From Calditrichota bacterium (GTDB lineage: Bacteria; Calditrichota; Calditrichia; RBG-13-44-9; J042), in NCBI GenBank assembly GCA_013150955.1, contig JAADJD010000015.1, positions 362 through 64,361 of the forward strand: a stretch of 64,000 nucleotides of DNA, in the 5' to 3' direction. Shown in pieces: positions 55,525-64,000 of the stretch; the stretch's first letter is position 1; each line of letters starts with the position of its first letter. Under the pieces are notes generated by a model that was not told the origin of the DNA, made no database searches, and was given only the letters and a program-made list of their open reading frames with translations. The position numbers were made by a program, and so were the translations under genes.

Positions 55525-57054
55525 TTACTTGATCAGGATCATTTTCCGGGTGGCAACATACTTACCCGCACGCAGCTGGTAAAAATATACGCCACTGGGG
55601 AGATCGGTTGCGTTGAACGTCACCCGGTGCGTTCCGGCCCGTAAGCGCCCATCGATCAGAGTAACCACTTCCCGGCCGGTGACGTCGTACACCTTCAGGG
55701 TTACCCGTTCGCTTCGGGGAATGCTAAACCGGATGGTCGTTGCCGGATTAAAGGGGTTGGGGTAATTCTGATCCAGGCGATACTGTTGAACCAGGCTGCT
55801 GGTGGGCTGGTCATCAATGCTTGTAACCTGGGTGGATAACACGGTTCCATCGGAGGCATCCACCAGCGCGGAGAAAGTGGCATCCGTACTGTCTGCCTCC
55901 GAAAAGCCTTTGTACTCCAGGTACCATAAAATCTTGGTTGGGTCATCTGGATAAGCCCAGTAGAAATTCCCCAGTTGCATCCCCAGTTCGTACACGTCGT
56001 ACTGTTGCCGAAACAGGGCCCCACCGGCCTGTTCCACAATCTGAAATACGCTGTCGCTATCAATAAATTGGGTTGGGATCTCCAGGGCATCCGATGGGAT
56101 AAAACTGGTGTCGCTGGTATCAATTTGCACACCGAAAGTGCCCACAGTGACCTCGGTATAATATCCTAAAGTTGGGGAGTAAAAGATGAAATACCAGTAA
56201 AACGAACGGCCATTCATCACCGAATCGACCCAGCTGCCGATGAAGAGCAGTTTTTGATCCTGGGCAATCTGCCGGGCCAGTGCGCGGGCACTATCCATCA
56301 GCTGGCGTGCCGTGTAGGGGGAGAATGATACCAGGGTAATGTCGATGCCAGTCAGGTTGCCATCCTGAACCACCACGCTGTCTTCCATGCCATCGCCATC
56401 GGCGTCGTAAAAACCGATGTAGTCGCCACTTTCGGGCTCAATGAACCCGTCACGATTGGCATCGTAGACCGCGGTAACCCAGTAGGTTCCATTCCGGACA
56501 TAATTCACCGTATAATTGCCCGTTGCATTGAGAACCACGCTGGAGCTTAAGATGGTTGGTGCTCCGCTATCGGTAGTGTCCTCTTCAAAAACTGAGGTTG
56601 GGGTAATGATGACAATCGTGTTCGTTGCATCCCCATCGGGATGGATGATTGTTCCACTGATGGTATAATCCCCGTGAGTGGCGGCCGTGGTGTAATTCAG
56701 GGCAAATGGGTGGGCTAAGGTGTCACCATTCGCACTGATGGCCCAGGAAAGGATGAACACCACGTCGGTGTTGGGTGTTTGGGTGACGTCCAGATACAGG
56801 GTTTTAAAATCGGCGCTGTAGTACACACTATCGATCTGGATGGAGTCTTTTGGAGAAATGGCAGCAAATCGCACCGGCAGCATGGGAGGCGGAAACGTGG
56901 CATCCAGAGCATCGGAAAAGGTGAAACTGATCGTGGTGCTGGTGGGTACATTCACAGCGCCATCGGCCGGGGAGGAGGAGACCACCTGAAATTGTGCCTG
57001 AACAGTGGTGGCTAAAAGTAGAAACACAGAAATGGTAGCAAAAACACGTTTCAT
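55525..57054 (-). CDS. Secreted protein with N-terminal Ig-like (SbsA/Big_5-like) domain and T9SS C-terminal sorting domain
   Basis: Signal peptide MKRVFATISVFLLLATTVQA. VVSSSPADGAVNVPTSTTISFTFSDAL. C-terminal LDQNYPNPFNPATTIRFSIP...GVYFYQL..KMILIK. Confidence 0.8.
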   Translation of the reverse strand: MKRVFATISVFLLLATTVQAQFQVVSSSPADGAVNVPTSTTISFTFSDALDATFPPPMLPVRFAAISPKDSIQIDSVYYSADFKTLYLDVTQTPNTDVVFILSWAISANGDTLAHPFALNYTTAATHGDYTISGTIIHPDGDATNTIVIITPTSVFEEDTTDSGAPTILSSSVVLNATGNYTVNYVRNGTYWVTAVYDANRDGFIEPESGDYIGFYDADGDGMEDSVVVQDGNLTGIDITLVSFSPYTARQLMDSARALARQIAQDQKLLFIGSWVDSVMNGRSFYWYFIFYSPTLGYYTEVTVGTFGVQIDTSDTSFIPSDALEIPTQFIDSDSVFQIVEQAGGALFRQQYDVYELGMQLGNFYWAYPDDPTKILWYLEYKGFSEADSTDATFSALVDASDGTVLSTQVTSIDDQPTSSLVQQYRLDQNYPNPFNPATTIRFSIPRSERVTLKVYDVTGREVVTLIDGRLRAGTHRVTFNATDLPSGVYFYQLRAGKYVATRKMILIK

Positions 57055-57263
57055 GGGACAACCCCTTCTTTTTTTGATCGGTTTTTGTTTAATTTATACT
57101 AATCTTCGGATGGTTCTGTTTTAAAATTAGGGAACAAATCAGATGGTACCCGATTTTAAATGTTCTCAAAATCCAATTGCTGGATTTCCAGAACGTTCAA
57201 TCCTTTCTCGACATCACTGCAGGAAAACCTTATCTGGGTACCAAAACACAGGAGGAAGCAACC

Positions 57264-57698
57264 ATGCCGTTTATCATAGAAGGGATCGTTGCGGGATTGG
57301 TGGGGACGTTCGTGATGACCCTGTGCCTGCTTTTGATTCACAAGTCGGGTTGGGCCAATGCCGATATGGTTCGTGCCATCGGCAGTGCCATTACGCGGTC
57401 GTATCAGAATGCGTTTCCGGTGGGATTGGTGGTCCATTTTCTGGTAGGGATCCCGATCGCTCTGGCCTACCTGACCCTGTTGAATATTTTTCAGGTGCAG
57501 GGATACTGGTCCACCATCATGGCGGCGGGGTTTCTGGGATTTGGCCATGGTCTGGTATTCAGCTTTTTGCTGCTGGCACTGGCAGAAATGCATCCCATGG
57601 AACGGTTCCAGCAGGTGGATTTACAGGTGGCATTTGCCCATCTGCTGGCGCATGTGATTTATGGATTGGGGGTAGGAGTGGTGGCGGTGAATGTGTGA
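57264..57698 (+). CDS. Small integral membrane protein, unknown function
   Basis: 144 aa from ATG 57264 (AGGAGG RBS) with four hydrophobic segments. Preferred over the overlapping 202-aa frame, which has Gly/Arg/Cys-rich low-complexity composition. Confidence 0.55.
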   Translation: MPFIIEGIVAGLVGTFVMTLCLLLIHKSGWANADMVRAIGSAITRSYQNAFPVGLVVHFLVGIPIALAYLTLLNIFQVQGYWSTIMAAGFLGFGHGLVFSFLLLALAEMHPMERFQQVDLQVAFAHLLAHVIYGLGVGVVAVNV

Positions 57699-57709
57699 CC
57701 GTTCTGGCC

Positions 57710-58504
57710 TCACCGCCTGCTCTGGATCCATTTAATGATAAGGCTGGATAATCGCCGGGGCATGAGTCGACTACTTAACACCGACAGTCGATTCATCAGG
57801 CCGGGAATAACCATGCGCTGTCCCCGTTTTAAGCTGCGGTAAGCCACCCGGGCCACCGCCCCGGCACTCATCATGGGTAAAATGGGGAACGGTTTCTGAG
57901 GATCCTGTCCCGCCCGGATCTGAAATTCGGTTCGGGTGGGACCGGGGCAGAGGGTGGTGACGGTCACTCCGGTGCCGCGGAGTTCATCGGCCAGTGCTTC
58001 CGAAAATGACACCACGAACGCCTTGCTGGCATAATAAACGGCCATGTAAGGACCCGGTGAAAATGCCGCCGTAGACGCCACGTTCAGAATGCTGCCCTTC
58101 CCCTGTTGAAGCATGTATGGCAAAATGGCCCGGGTCAGGGCCACCAGCGCCGTCACGTTAACCTGAATCATATCCACCACCGTTTCCGGGTCCGTTTCCC
58201 AGAATGCCCCCAGTTTGCCAAAACCCGCGTTGTTGATCAATATTTCAATATCGGATAGCCGATCCTTTAACCGGTCTGTCAGGACTTTCACCGCATCCGG
58301 CCGGGCCAGATCCAGGGCAATGGGCTGAACGGAAATGCCATAATCTGCCTCCAGCTCCTTCTGGCGCTGCTGCAATAGGTTCGAATTCCGGGCCACCAGG
58401 ATCAGCGAGTATCCATCGGCGGCCAGCAATTTGCTCAATTCGTAGCCAATACCGGTGGTGGCTCCTGTAACCAGGGCAACGGGATTATGCGTTGGATTCC
58501 CCAT
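57710..58504 (-). CDS. SDR-family short-chain dehydrogenase/reductase
   Basis: TGATTGIG cofactor motif, NNAG, and catalytic YxxxK (YYASKAF). Confidence 0.85.
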   Translation of the reverse strand: MGNPTHNPVALVTGATTGIGYELSKLLAADGYSLILVARNSNLLQQRQKELEADYGISVQPIALDLARPDAVKVLTDRLKDRLSDIEILINNAGFGKLGAFWETDPETVVDMIQVNVTALVALTRAILPYMLQQGKGSILNVASTAAFSPGPYMAVYYASKAFVVSFSEALADELRGTGVTVTTLCPGPTRTEFQIRAGQDPQKPFPILPMMSAGAVARVAYRSLKRGQRMVIPGLMNRLSVLSSRLMPRRLSSLIIKWIQSRR

Positions 58505-59375
58505 TAGTACTTCCTCCTTCATTCAGAATTTTTTGCAAGCGTTTGATGGTCAACGGCGCGGATCCCTCGTAATGATTGTTCACGTTTATGTAAACGGTGC
58601 TCCCCCGGGAAAGCAGGTCCTTCACCATCCAGGCGATGGCCTGAAGATCGTCATCCCTGGGAATCACTACCCGATCCCAGCGGTTGCCGGATAATGCCTC
58701 GATGCCTGAGCGATCGGGACCGTGCAACCGGATTACCACGGTGTCGCGGATTAATGTACGAAACTTCTGGTAAACTTCCACCACGTTTGGCATATAATAT
58801 CCCTGAAGCAAAACAGGAACAATGTGGTGCCTCTGCAAAAACTGAAAAAACGCTCGATTGAGGTAATGGGGATTCCGAATCTCAATGGCATAGGTGAATG
58901 TTTGCGGAAGTCTGGGAAGGAAAGCCTCCAGGTGCTGTAGAAAAGCCCCCAGCGAGGGCATTTTCTGCCTGTTCAAATATTCAAACTGGAACATGACAGG
59001 CCCCAATAGCGGTTGCATGGGCGCCAGGCGATCCAGAAACTCCCGCGTCAGGGTGGGCGAAAGGAAGTGCGGATTGCGGATTAGAGGATCTTCCCTGCGC
59101 TGGCGATAAAAGTGGGTCAGGGTAATGCTGTTGGCGGCCTTTACCGTGAATCGAAAATCCGGGGGGACGGCGGCGGCATAGTTTTCCACCGTCTGCCTGT
59201 CTGGCAATCGAACTGTGTTTTCGGCAAATAAAGACCAGAACCACTGATCGATTTCCACCGTGTTGAAATGGCGGGCGTATTCGCTTAAAAAATGGTCTGG
59301 ATTGGAGCTCTGGTAAATAATGCCCCGCCATTCTTTATATTTCCAGCTGCAGGTACCGATGCGCAATTCGGCCAT
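58485..59375 (-). CDS. DUF72 (YecE/UPF0759) family protein
   Basis: MAELRIGTCSWKYKEW N-terminus is typical of DUF72. ATG 59375 follows the upstream stop (59377-59379) directly. The long ORF-track extension overlaps the upstream gene. Confidence 0.75.
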   Translation of the reverse strand: MAELRIGTCSWKYKEWRGIIYQSSNPDHFLSEYARHFNTVEIDQWFWSLFAENTVRLPDRQTVENYAAAVPPDFRFTVKAANSITLTHFYRQRREDPLIRNPHFLSPTLTREFLDRLAPMQPLLGPVMFQFEYLNRQKMPSLGAFLQHLEAFLPRLPQTFTYAIEIRNPHYLNRAFFQFLQRHHIVPVLLQGYYMPNVVEVYQKFRTLIRDTVVIRLHGPDRSGIEALSGNRWDRVVIPRDDDLQAIAWMVKDLLSRGSTVYINVNNHYEGSAPLTIKRLQKILNEGGSTNGESNA

Positions 59376-59376
59376 G

Positions 59377-61353
59377 TTACTCCAGAGATGGTTGAAGGAT
59401 TCGAACGGCTTCCGTGGCGGACTGGATGAGACGATCCGCCGAAATCGGTTCACCAATGGCCTGGTGCATCCAGACCTGAGGGGTGAGTCGCCCCAGTTTG
59501 CACATACGTTCCATCTCCGCTGCCAGATCTTTGTCCTGCATGTAATGGAAAATCTGATACGCAATGAGATGGCCCAGCAGGTAATCCGGAATGTACATTC
59601 CTGTATCGATGATGTGGGAGTAGATGGCCAGAATTTCCTGATCGGCAACCCCCAGCACTGGTGCGAAATACTGGTTCCAGACCTCGCGGGCAATTTCCAG
59701 AACCGCCAGTTTCAGGTCGTCTGGAGAAGCGGAGGGATGAGCATACATCCAGCGCCAGATGCGCATGTCAACCAGGGCAACGCCTGCAATCTCAAAAGCC
59801 GACCACATTTCGTGAATGGCCAGCCATTCCATCCAGTGGGTGGTTTCCGGGGAGATCCCCAGCACCTCAAAGTCTCGTGATTGGAAGAGGAAGGCAAATG
59901 CCTCGGTAAAGCCGGTGTTGGGGACACCGTGCAGGGTGTAATAATCCATTTCTTCCAGGGTGAGCACCTGTTCTACGGTGTGTCCCAGTTCGTGCATGGC
60001 GGTGTTAAATCCTTTGTAGTTCATTCCCTCTCCGGGTACCCGGGTACGCAAGTAGGCGCGATCGCCTCGCATTTCCGCACCCAGGGCATGTCCCGCCCCT
60101 CGGGCTGGTTCCACACAGATCCGGGCGGCCAGATATTCCGCCCGATCGCGGGAAAATCCCAGCCGTCGTAAAATATCCACCAATTTGTCCTGAAAGGCCC
60201 CTACCGTTGGAAATTGCTGGCGCACCTGCCGGTCCAGATCCTCTTCGGGAATCTGGGGTTCCGGTTTTAAGCCCACATACCAGATGTCGAACGGTTCCAG
60301 CGGACGCCCCAGCCGTTGCTGAATGATGCGGGCAATGGAGGGAAGCACCGGTGCAGAAAGCACATCGGTGATGAGCCGTTCAACCTCAGCTTCTGGAATT
60401 TCCCGATCCAGCAGGAACCGTCGCTCAATGAGGGAAGGGGTGTCCGGGGTATGGGCATCGATCCCGCGCTCGGCATCGAAAACGGATTTCAGATACTGAT
60501 AACGGCGATTGCCCTCGGGCGGGATCGGCGGGGGAAGCGGCTTCCCATCCCGGTATACCCGATTGGCCAGGGGATCCCACTCCACTTCCGGATTGTCGAT
60601 CACGATTTCCGGAATGTCCTGCTGCAGGATGCGGTTCATGATCTGATAAATGAGGCGTTGTCTGGGAAGTCCATCCGGTTGTGCGTAGAGGGCTTTGATT
60701 TCATCCCGCAATCCCCAGTGGCTGATCAGCTTCTGCCCTTCAGGAAAACCCGCTGGCTGGCCCTGGACACGCAATCGATCCATGTGGATATTGTATTTGC
60801 TGATGTATTCGTCCGCGCGGGTATAGGTCGCCGTGCGGTGTTGCAAAACCGAAGCCGGGATGCGTTGACGGAAATAATCCGCCAGCCGGGCCTCTGCCCA
60901 TTGCCGGCGGCTCCAGTTTATCCCATCCTGGTTTTTCGTATTCAGGTCATAAATGGGAAAGTTTAATAAGGCCACAAATGCCAGCCGGGTTTGAAACAGA
61001 TCCTCCTGCACATGAGCAAAGGGATCGTAACCGGCAAACAGACTGTCAATGGGTAGCATGGGGCCAGTATCCACGTGCAATTCCCGATGCAACTCTCGAT
61101 AAATGCGATGCAGATTACCAAACAGAGATTCCAGCTTGCTTAAAAAGCGCTGAAACACCAGTTCCCGCTGTTCTTCCCGAGGGTAAAAATGCGCCCGGCA
61201 GAAGGCGTGAAAATCGTCTGCGCTGCCATCGGACGCATGCCAGCGAGCAGCAACCTGCCGCACCCCGATTTCAATGCGATGGCGATGCACCTCTCCGTTA
61301 CGCTGAATTAATGCCTGAATGACTTCTTCCTGAATGGCCTTGGAAATCACCAT
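59377..61353 (-). CDS. Zinc metallopeptidase, gluzincin (M3-like oligopeptidase)
   Basis: 658 aa. HELGH zinc motif with a Glu 26 residues after the second His (..GFTEAFA..), similar to M3 spacing. Confidence 0.6.
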   Translation of the reverse strand: MVISKAIQEEVIQALIQRNGEVHRHRIEIGVRQVAARWHASDGSADDFHAFCRAHFYPREEQRELVFQRFLSKLESLFGNLHRIYRELHRELHVDTGPMLPIDSLFAGYDPFAHVQEDLFQTRLAFVALLNFPIYDLNTKNQDGINWSRRQWAEARLADYFRQRIPASVLQHRTATYTRADEYISKYNIHMDRLRVQGQPAGFPEGQKLISHWGLRDEIKALYAQPDGLPRQRLIYQIMNRILQQDIPEIVIDNPEVEWDPLANRVYRDGKPLPPPIPPEGNRRYQYLKSVFDAERGIDAHTPDTPSLIERRFLLDREIPEAEVERLITDVLSAPVLPSIARIIQQRLGRPLEPFDIWYVGLKPEPQIPEEDLDRQVRQQFPTVGAFQDKLVDILRRLGFSRDRAEYLAARICVEPARGAGHALGAEMRGDRAYLRTRVPGEGMNYKGFNTAMHELGHTVEQVLTLEEMDYYTLHGVPNTGFTEAFAFLFQSRDFEVLGISPETTHWMEWLAIHEMWSAFEIAGVALVDMRIWRWMYAHPSASPDDLKLAVLEIAREVWNQYFAPVLGVADQEILAIYSHIIDTGMYIPDYLLGHLIAYQIFHYMQDKDLAAEMERMCKLGRLTPQVWMHQAIGEPISADRLIQSATEAVRILQPSLE

Positions 61354-61549
61354 ACACGTCTCCCTATTTACACCGATCGTTAATCTAATATGTTTTTTGG
61401 GCGTTCAAAACAAAACCAATTTTTTGCTGGATGGTTGATCGTTACCGGAAAAACTGATGCAAATGGCGCTTCTGAACAGCAAAATCCGCCAAAATCATTG
61501 AAATATCGATAATTTATCGCATTTTTTCCTTTTTTTCTTTGATTTTTTC

Positions 61550-61578
61550 TTGACATTTTCATCTCCAGTTAGGATATT
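61550..61578 (+). promoter_or_regulatory. Sigma-70-type promoter for the HU gene
   Basis: TTGACA (61550-61555), 17-bp spacer, GATATT (61573-61578), about 46 nt upstream of ATG 61625. Confidence 0.5.
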
Positions 61579-61624
61579 TTTGCGTTTCGTATCCAGTCAA
61601 ATACATAAAGAAAGGAGTAGTGGT

Positions 61625-61897
61625 ATGAACCGTAAAGAACTGATTGACGCACTCGCTGGTAAAACCGGTTTTACCAAAAAGGATGCTGATAAGTTTTTAA
61701 GTGCTTTCCAGGAAGTGGTGGTGGAAGCCTTAAAGAAAGGGGAATCCGTAAATCTGGTTGGTTTTGGGGTTTTTAAGGTTGTTGAGCGTCCGGCACGGGA
61801 AGCCCGTAATCCCCGCACGGGTGAAAGGATTAACATTCCTGCACGAAGAGTCCCCCAGTTTAAACCTGGCAAAGGTTTGAAAGAAAGCTTGGCCTAA
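61625..61897 (+). CDS. hup: HU-family DNA-binding protein
   Basis: 90 aa: MNRKELIDALAGKTGFTKKDADKFL...RNPRTGERINIPARRVPQFKPGK. AAAGGAG RBS. Confidence 0.95.
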   Translation: MNRKELIDALAGKTGFTKKDADKFLSAFQEVVVEALKKGESVNLVGFGVFKVVERPAREARNPRTGERINIPARRVPQFKPGKGLKESLA

Positions 61898-61909
61898 AAT
61901 GTGTGGAGG

Positions 61910-61948
61910 AAGCTGACCTTCTGGAGGAAGGTCAGCTTTATATTTTTT
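61910..61948 (+). terminator. Rho-independent terminator after hup
   Basis: AAGCTGACCTT-ctggagg-AAGGTCAGCTT followed by TATATTTTTT. Confidence 0.8.
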
Positions 61949-62074
61949 CTAAAAAAACATCCCTGCCTTTACCACCATTCCAGGGGGAAATTCCGTGAAC
62001 CTCCCCTAATAAGCCTTCTTGTCGAAAAACATTAAAATCGAGGTTTTTAAGCGAATCCCGTTGAAAGTGAATTA

Positions 62075-62243
62075 GACCCAGATTATGCATTAGCCTACGA
62101 ATTACACGAATGAACACAAATAAAACCAATAAAATGCATTGGATTGTGTATGGATGAAAATGTGGTCCAGAGTTTATTGACGATTTTGTAGATATTTTTT
62201 GGTTTCATTCGCGTGATTCGTGGTTTAACGCATTATTTGAGTT
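62075..62243 (+). repeat. MITE-like element, locus 14 (single full copy)
   Basis: GACCCAGATTATGCATTAGCCTACGAATTACACGAATGAACAC ... TATGGATGAAAATG ... TTTCATTCGCGTGATTCGTGGTTTAACGCATTATTTGAGTT. Its last 2 nt lie in the TAA stop of the convergent gene. Confidence 0.95.
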
Positions 62244-63960
62244 AAAATTTTTCATCAGAAAATGTCGGAGACGGGGACTCTTCCAGTTGATCAATGAGTT
62301 CGCTAAGCAGAAATTCAATTTCTACCAGAAAACGTTCCGAGGCACAAATCCGTTTCTTGCACTGCTTGCAGGCGATGGTTAAATGGCAGTTTACCCGCTG
62401 TTTGTAATCCTGCTCCAGCTCCTGAATGGCCAGATTCATCTCTTCCTGAAAATCCAGCCGGGAGATGTGCGTGGGCAGCGAGGCCAGCCATTTGTGATGT
62501 AAAATTTCCACAAATTGTTTTAATCGTCCCAGATATTGCCCGACGGTGGAACGCCAGACCAACCGGGCCTTTCTCACCTGGGTGATGTAATCCGACGAAT
62601 CCGTCAGAAAGGTGTAACCGGCCTTTTCCACAACCTCGTCGGGTATTTTCATCAAAATGGTGATCATCTCGTAAATTTCTCGCAATTCTGCGGGATCACC
62701 GGCGGAGAGCTCCCGATACAAATCCTTTAATTTTCTTACATAAAACGATTCGATCCGCTGGAACAGCTTGCGCAGTTTCACCGATTCCTGCGGATTTTCC
62801 ATGGTATGGGCGTTAGTCTTCAGGAAATGTTCCGAAAGGAGGCGCGCTTCGTGAATGGTTTTTAAAGTGCTGCGCAGTTGTTGAATCTGGGGATACCCCA
62901 GAGAGTTGAAGATGATGTCCAGATAGGCATTGATGGAGGCTTCCATTTCCTGAAGTTGTTTGCGGGCATGTTCACTCAGAGTCATCAGCACGTTACCCAG
63001 CTGTTTTTGAAGTTGCTGGGAAGGATGATGTTTTAAAATCTGCACCGCCTTTTTCCCGATGGCCTGAGGAAAAGTGGCATCCGAGATTAGCGAAAGCACT
63101 TCTTCCAGGGTCAGGATTTGGTTCACCCGCTCCTGAATATCCGGATCGGGATCCAGATGCCCCTGCACCACCGCCAGAAAACGTCCCGGTTCACTGAGGT
63201 CGCCACTGCAATATTCCAGCAATTGCAGCTTCCGCTCGCGAATAAATCCCCGGAATTCCGCGTTTAATGCCTGTCCCTGAAAATCCAGGGATTGATCCAG
63301 AGAAGACAACACCGGTTGGGGCATTCGGAAATGGATGGCCAGTTGATCCAACACCTGCCACAGGCGATGGGCATTTCCCGACTGCACAATGGCTTCGGGG
63401 TCTGGCTGCATCAGATGGGCCTGGAAGATGTCGTAATCTATGCGATAAATGGCATTCAGGGCGCTCTGTTTGACCAGGTGATCCTCGTCCAGTAAATAAT
63501 TTAGAAGAATGGGGAGCTGTTTGTCGGGCGGGGTACTGGTGCTTAGCTGCAGAACCTGGGAAATCTTAAAAATGCGTTCCCGTTTGATTTGAATGTGCTG
63601 TTCCAGCATCTCCAGAATCAGATCATCACGGGGGCCAAAACCCCGTTTCAGCAGGTACTGGCGCAGGGTGTTCAGCATGGCGATCGAGATAGACGGATTG
63701 CGAAAGACGGCATCCAGCACGTCCAGATCGGATTCGAAAAAAATAAAGATTAACAGATTGGGCAACTGTTCTTTTTCGATGAATCGAATCTTATCGGCAC
63801 GGGACATATCCAGCAGGGATTTGTACTGTCCCAGGTATTTCCAGTATTCATGATTCTGGGCGGCTTCACGCACCCAGGGATCGATGTCGTCGGCCAGGGC
63901 TTCGATGATTTCGGGCGTGGTTTCTGTTTCCGCCACTTTAATGCGTTCATAAAACGGCAA
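62242..63960 (-). CDS. Hypothetical helical-repeat protein with C-terminal Cys cluster
   Basis: 572-aa ORF, predominantly helical/Leu-rich with no motif I recognise. C-terminal CHLTIACKQCKKRICASERF. The start at 63960 is close to the window edge. Confidence 0.5.
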   Translation of the reverse strand: MPFYERIKVAETETTPEIIEALADDIDPWVREAAQNHEYWKYLGQYKSLLDMSRADKIRFIEKEQLPNLLIFIFFESDLDVLDAVFRNPSISIAMLNTLRQYLLKRGFGPRDDLILEMLEQHIQIKRERIFKISQVLQLSTSTPPDKQLPILLNYLLDEDHLVKQSALNAIYRIDYDIFQAHLMQPDPEAIVQSGNAHRLWQVLDQLAIHFRMPQPVLSSLDQSLDFQGQALNAEFRGFIRERKLQLLEYCSGDLSEPGRFLAVVQGHLDPDPDIQERVNQILTLEEVLSLISDATFPQAIGKKAVQILKHHPSQQLQKQLGNVLMTLSEHARKQLQEMEASINAYLDIIFNSLGYPQIQQLRSTLKTIHEARLLSEHFLKTNAHTMENPQESVKLRKLFQRIESFYVRKLKDLYRELSAGDPAELREIYEMITILMKIPDEVVEKAGYTFLTDSSDYITQVRKARLVWRSTVGQYLGRLKQFVEILHHKWLASLPTHISRLDFQEEMNLAIQELEQDYKQRVNCHLTIACKQCKKRICASERFLVEIEFLLSELIDQLEESPSPTFSDEKF

Positions 63961-64000
63961 TTTTTCGATTCGCTGGAGATATTCATCCAGCGGTTCCGCT

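Noticed and set aside
57143-57751. 202-aa ORF overlapping the small membrane protein gene
   Set aside because: It has low-complexity Gly/Arg/Cys-rich composition and no RBS. The alternative frame (57264-57698) has a strong AGGAGG RBS and clean TM-helix periodicity.
3497-62243. Could the recurring repeats be a CRISPR array or CRISPR remnants?
   Set aside because: The copies are dispersed over 59 kb in separate intergenic regions, not regularly spaced. Each unit is ~170 bp with terminal inverted repeats, not 25-40-bp direct repeats with unique spacers. No cas genes are present.
1-64000. tRNA or rRNA genes
   Set aside because: No T-loop/acceptor-type sequence (GGTTCGAATCC-like with a matching acceptor stem) in any intergenic region, and no rRNA-like conserved blocks. 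All spacers are accounted for by repeats, promoters or terminators.

Overview
This is a 64-kb chromosomal window from a diderm bacterium, roughly 50% GC by eye. T9SS sorting tails on secreted proteins and a fused LpxC/FabZ suggest an FCB-group-like lineage (Calditrichota/Ignavibacteriota/Bacteroidota-like); that placement is inference only. Most of the window is housekeeping. It holds an envelope-biogenesis supercluster (mlaEFD, rfbB, a NodB deacetylase, tamB, bamA, skp, lpxD, lpxC/fabZ, lpxA, rseP, pgeF, uppP). It also holds transporters (SSF; NSS plus a MetS-like micro-ORF), holA, an ECF sigma/anti-sigma pair with a GAF protein, a sigma-54 two-component system, mazG, rlmB, larC/larE, a 5'-nucleotidase, an acyl-CoA synthetase, peptidases and HU. 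I found no rRNA, tRNA or CRISPR.

The standout feature is non-coding. A ~170-bp MITE-like element with ~43-nt imperfect terminal inverted repeats occupies 14 intergenic loci, about 3.3 kb or 5% of the window. It is often nested or has multiplied arms, it abuts TAA stop codons at four loci, and no transposase is present in the window. I do not recognise it as a named repeat family.

Secondary items:
- ~120-bp near-identical direct repeats, each ending in a CTGYNNA heptanucleotide tract (12 versus 7 units), bracket a DUF4143 AAA ATPase gene.
- An AT-rich islet carries a reverse-order PIN plus small-protein module next to a truncated repeat copy.
- A sigma-54-like promoter lies in front of an orphan small ORF plus a stand-alone receiver, beside the NtrC-type pair.
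- There are predicted-inactive CLCA-like and GGDEF-like domains and several perfect palindromes.

All functional calls come from motif recognition by eye. No database searches were run.
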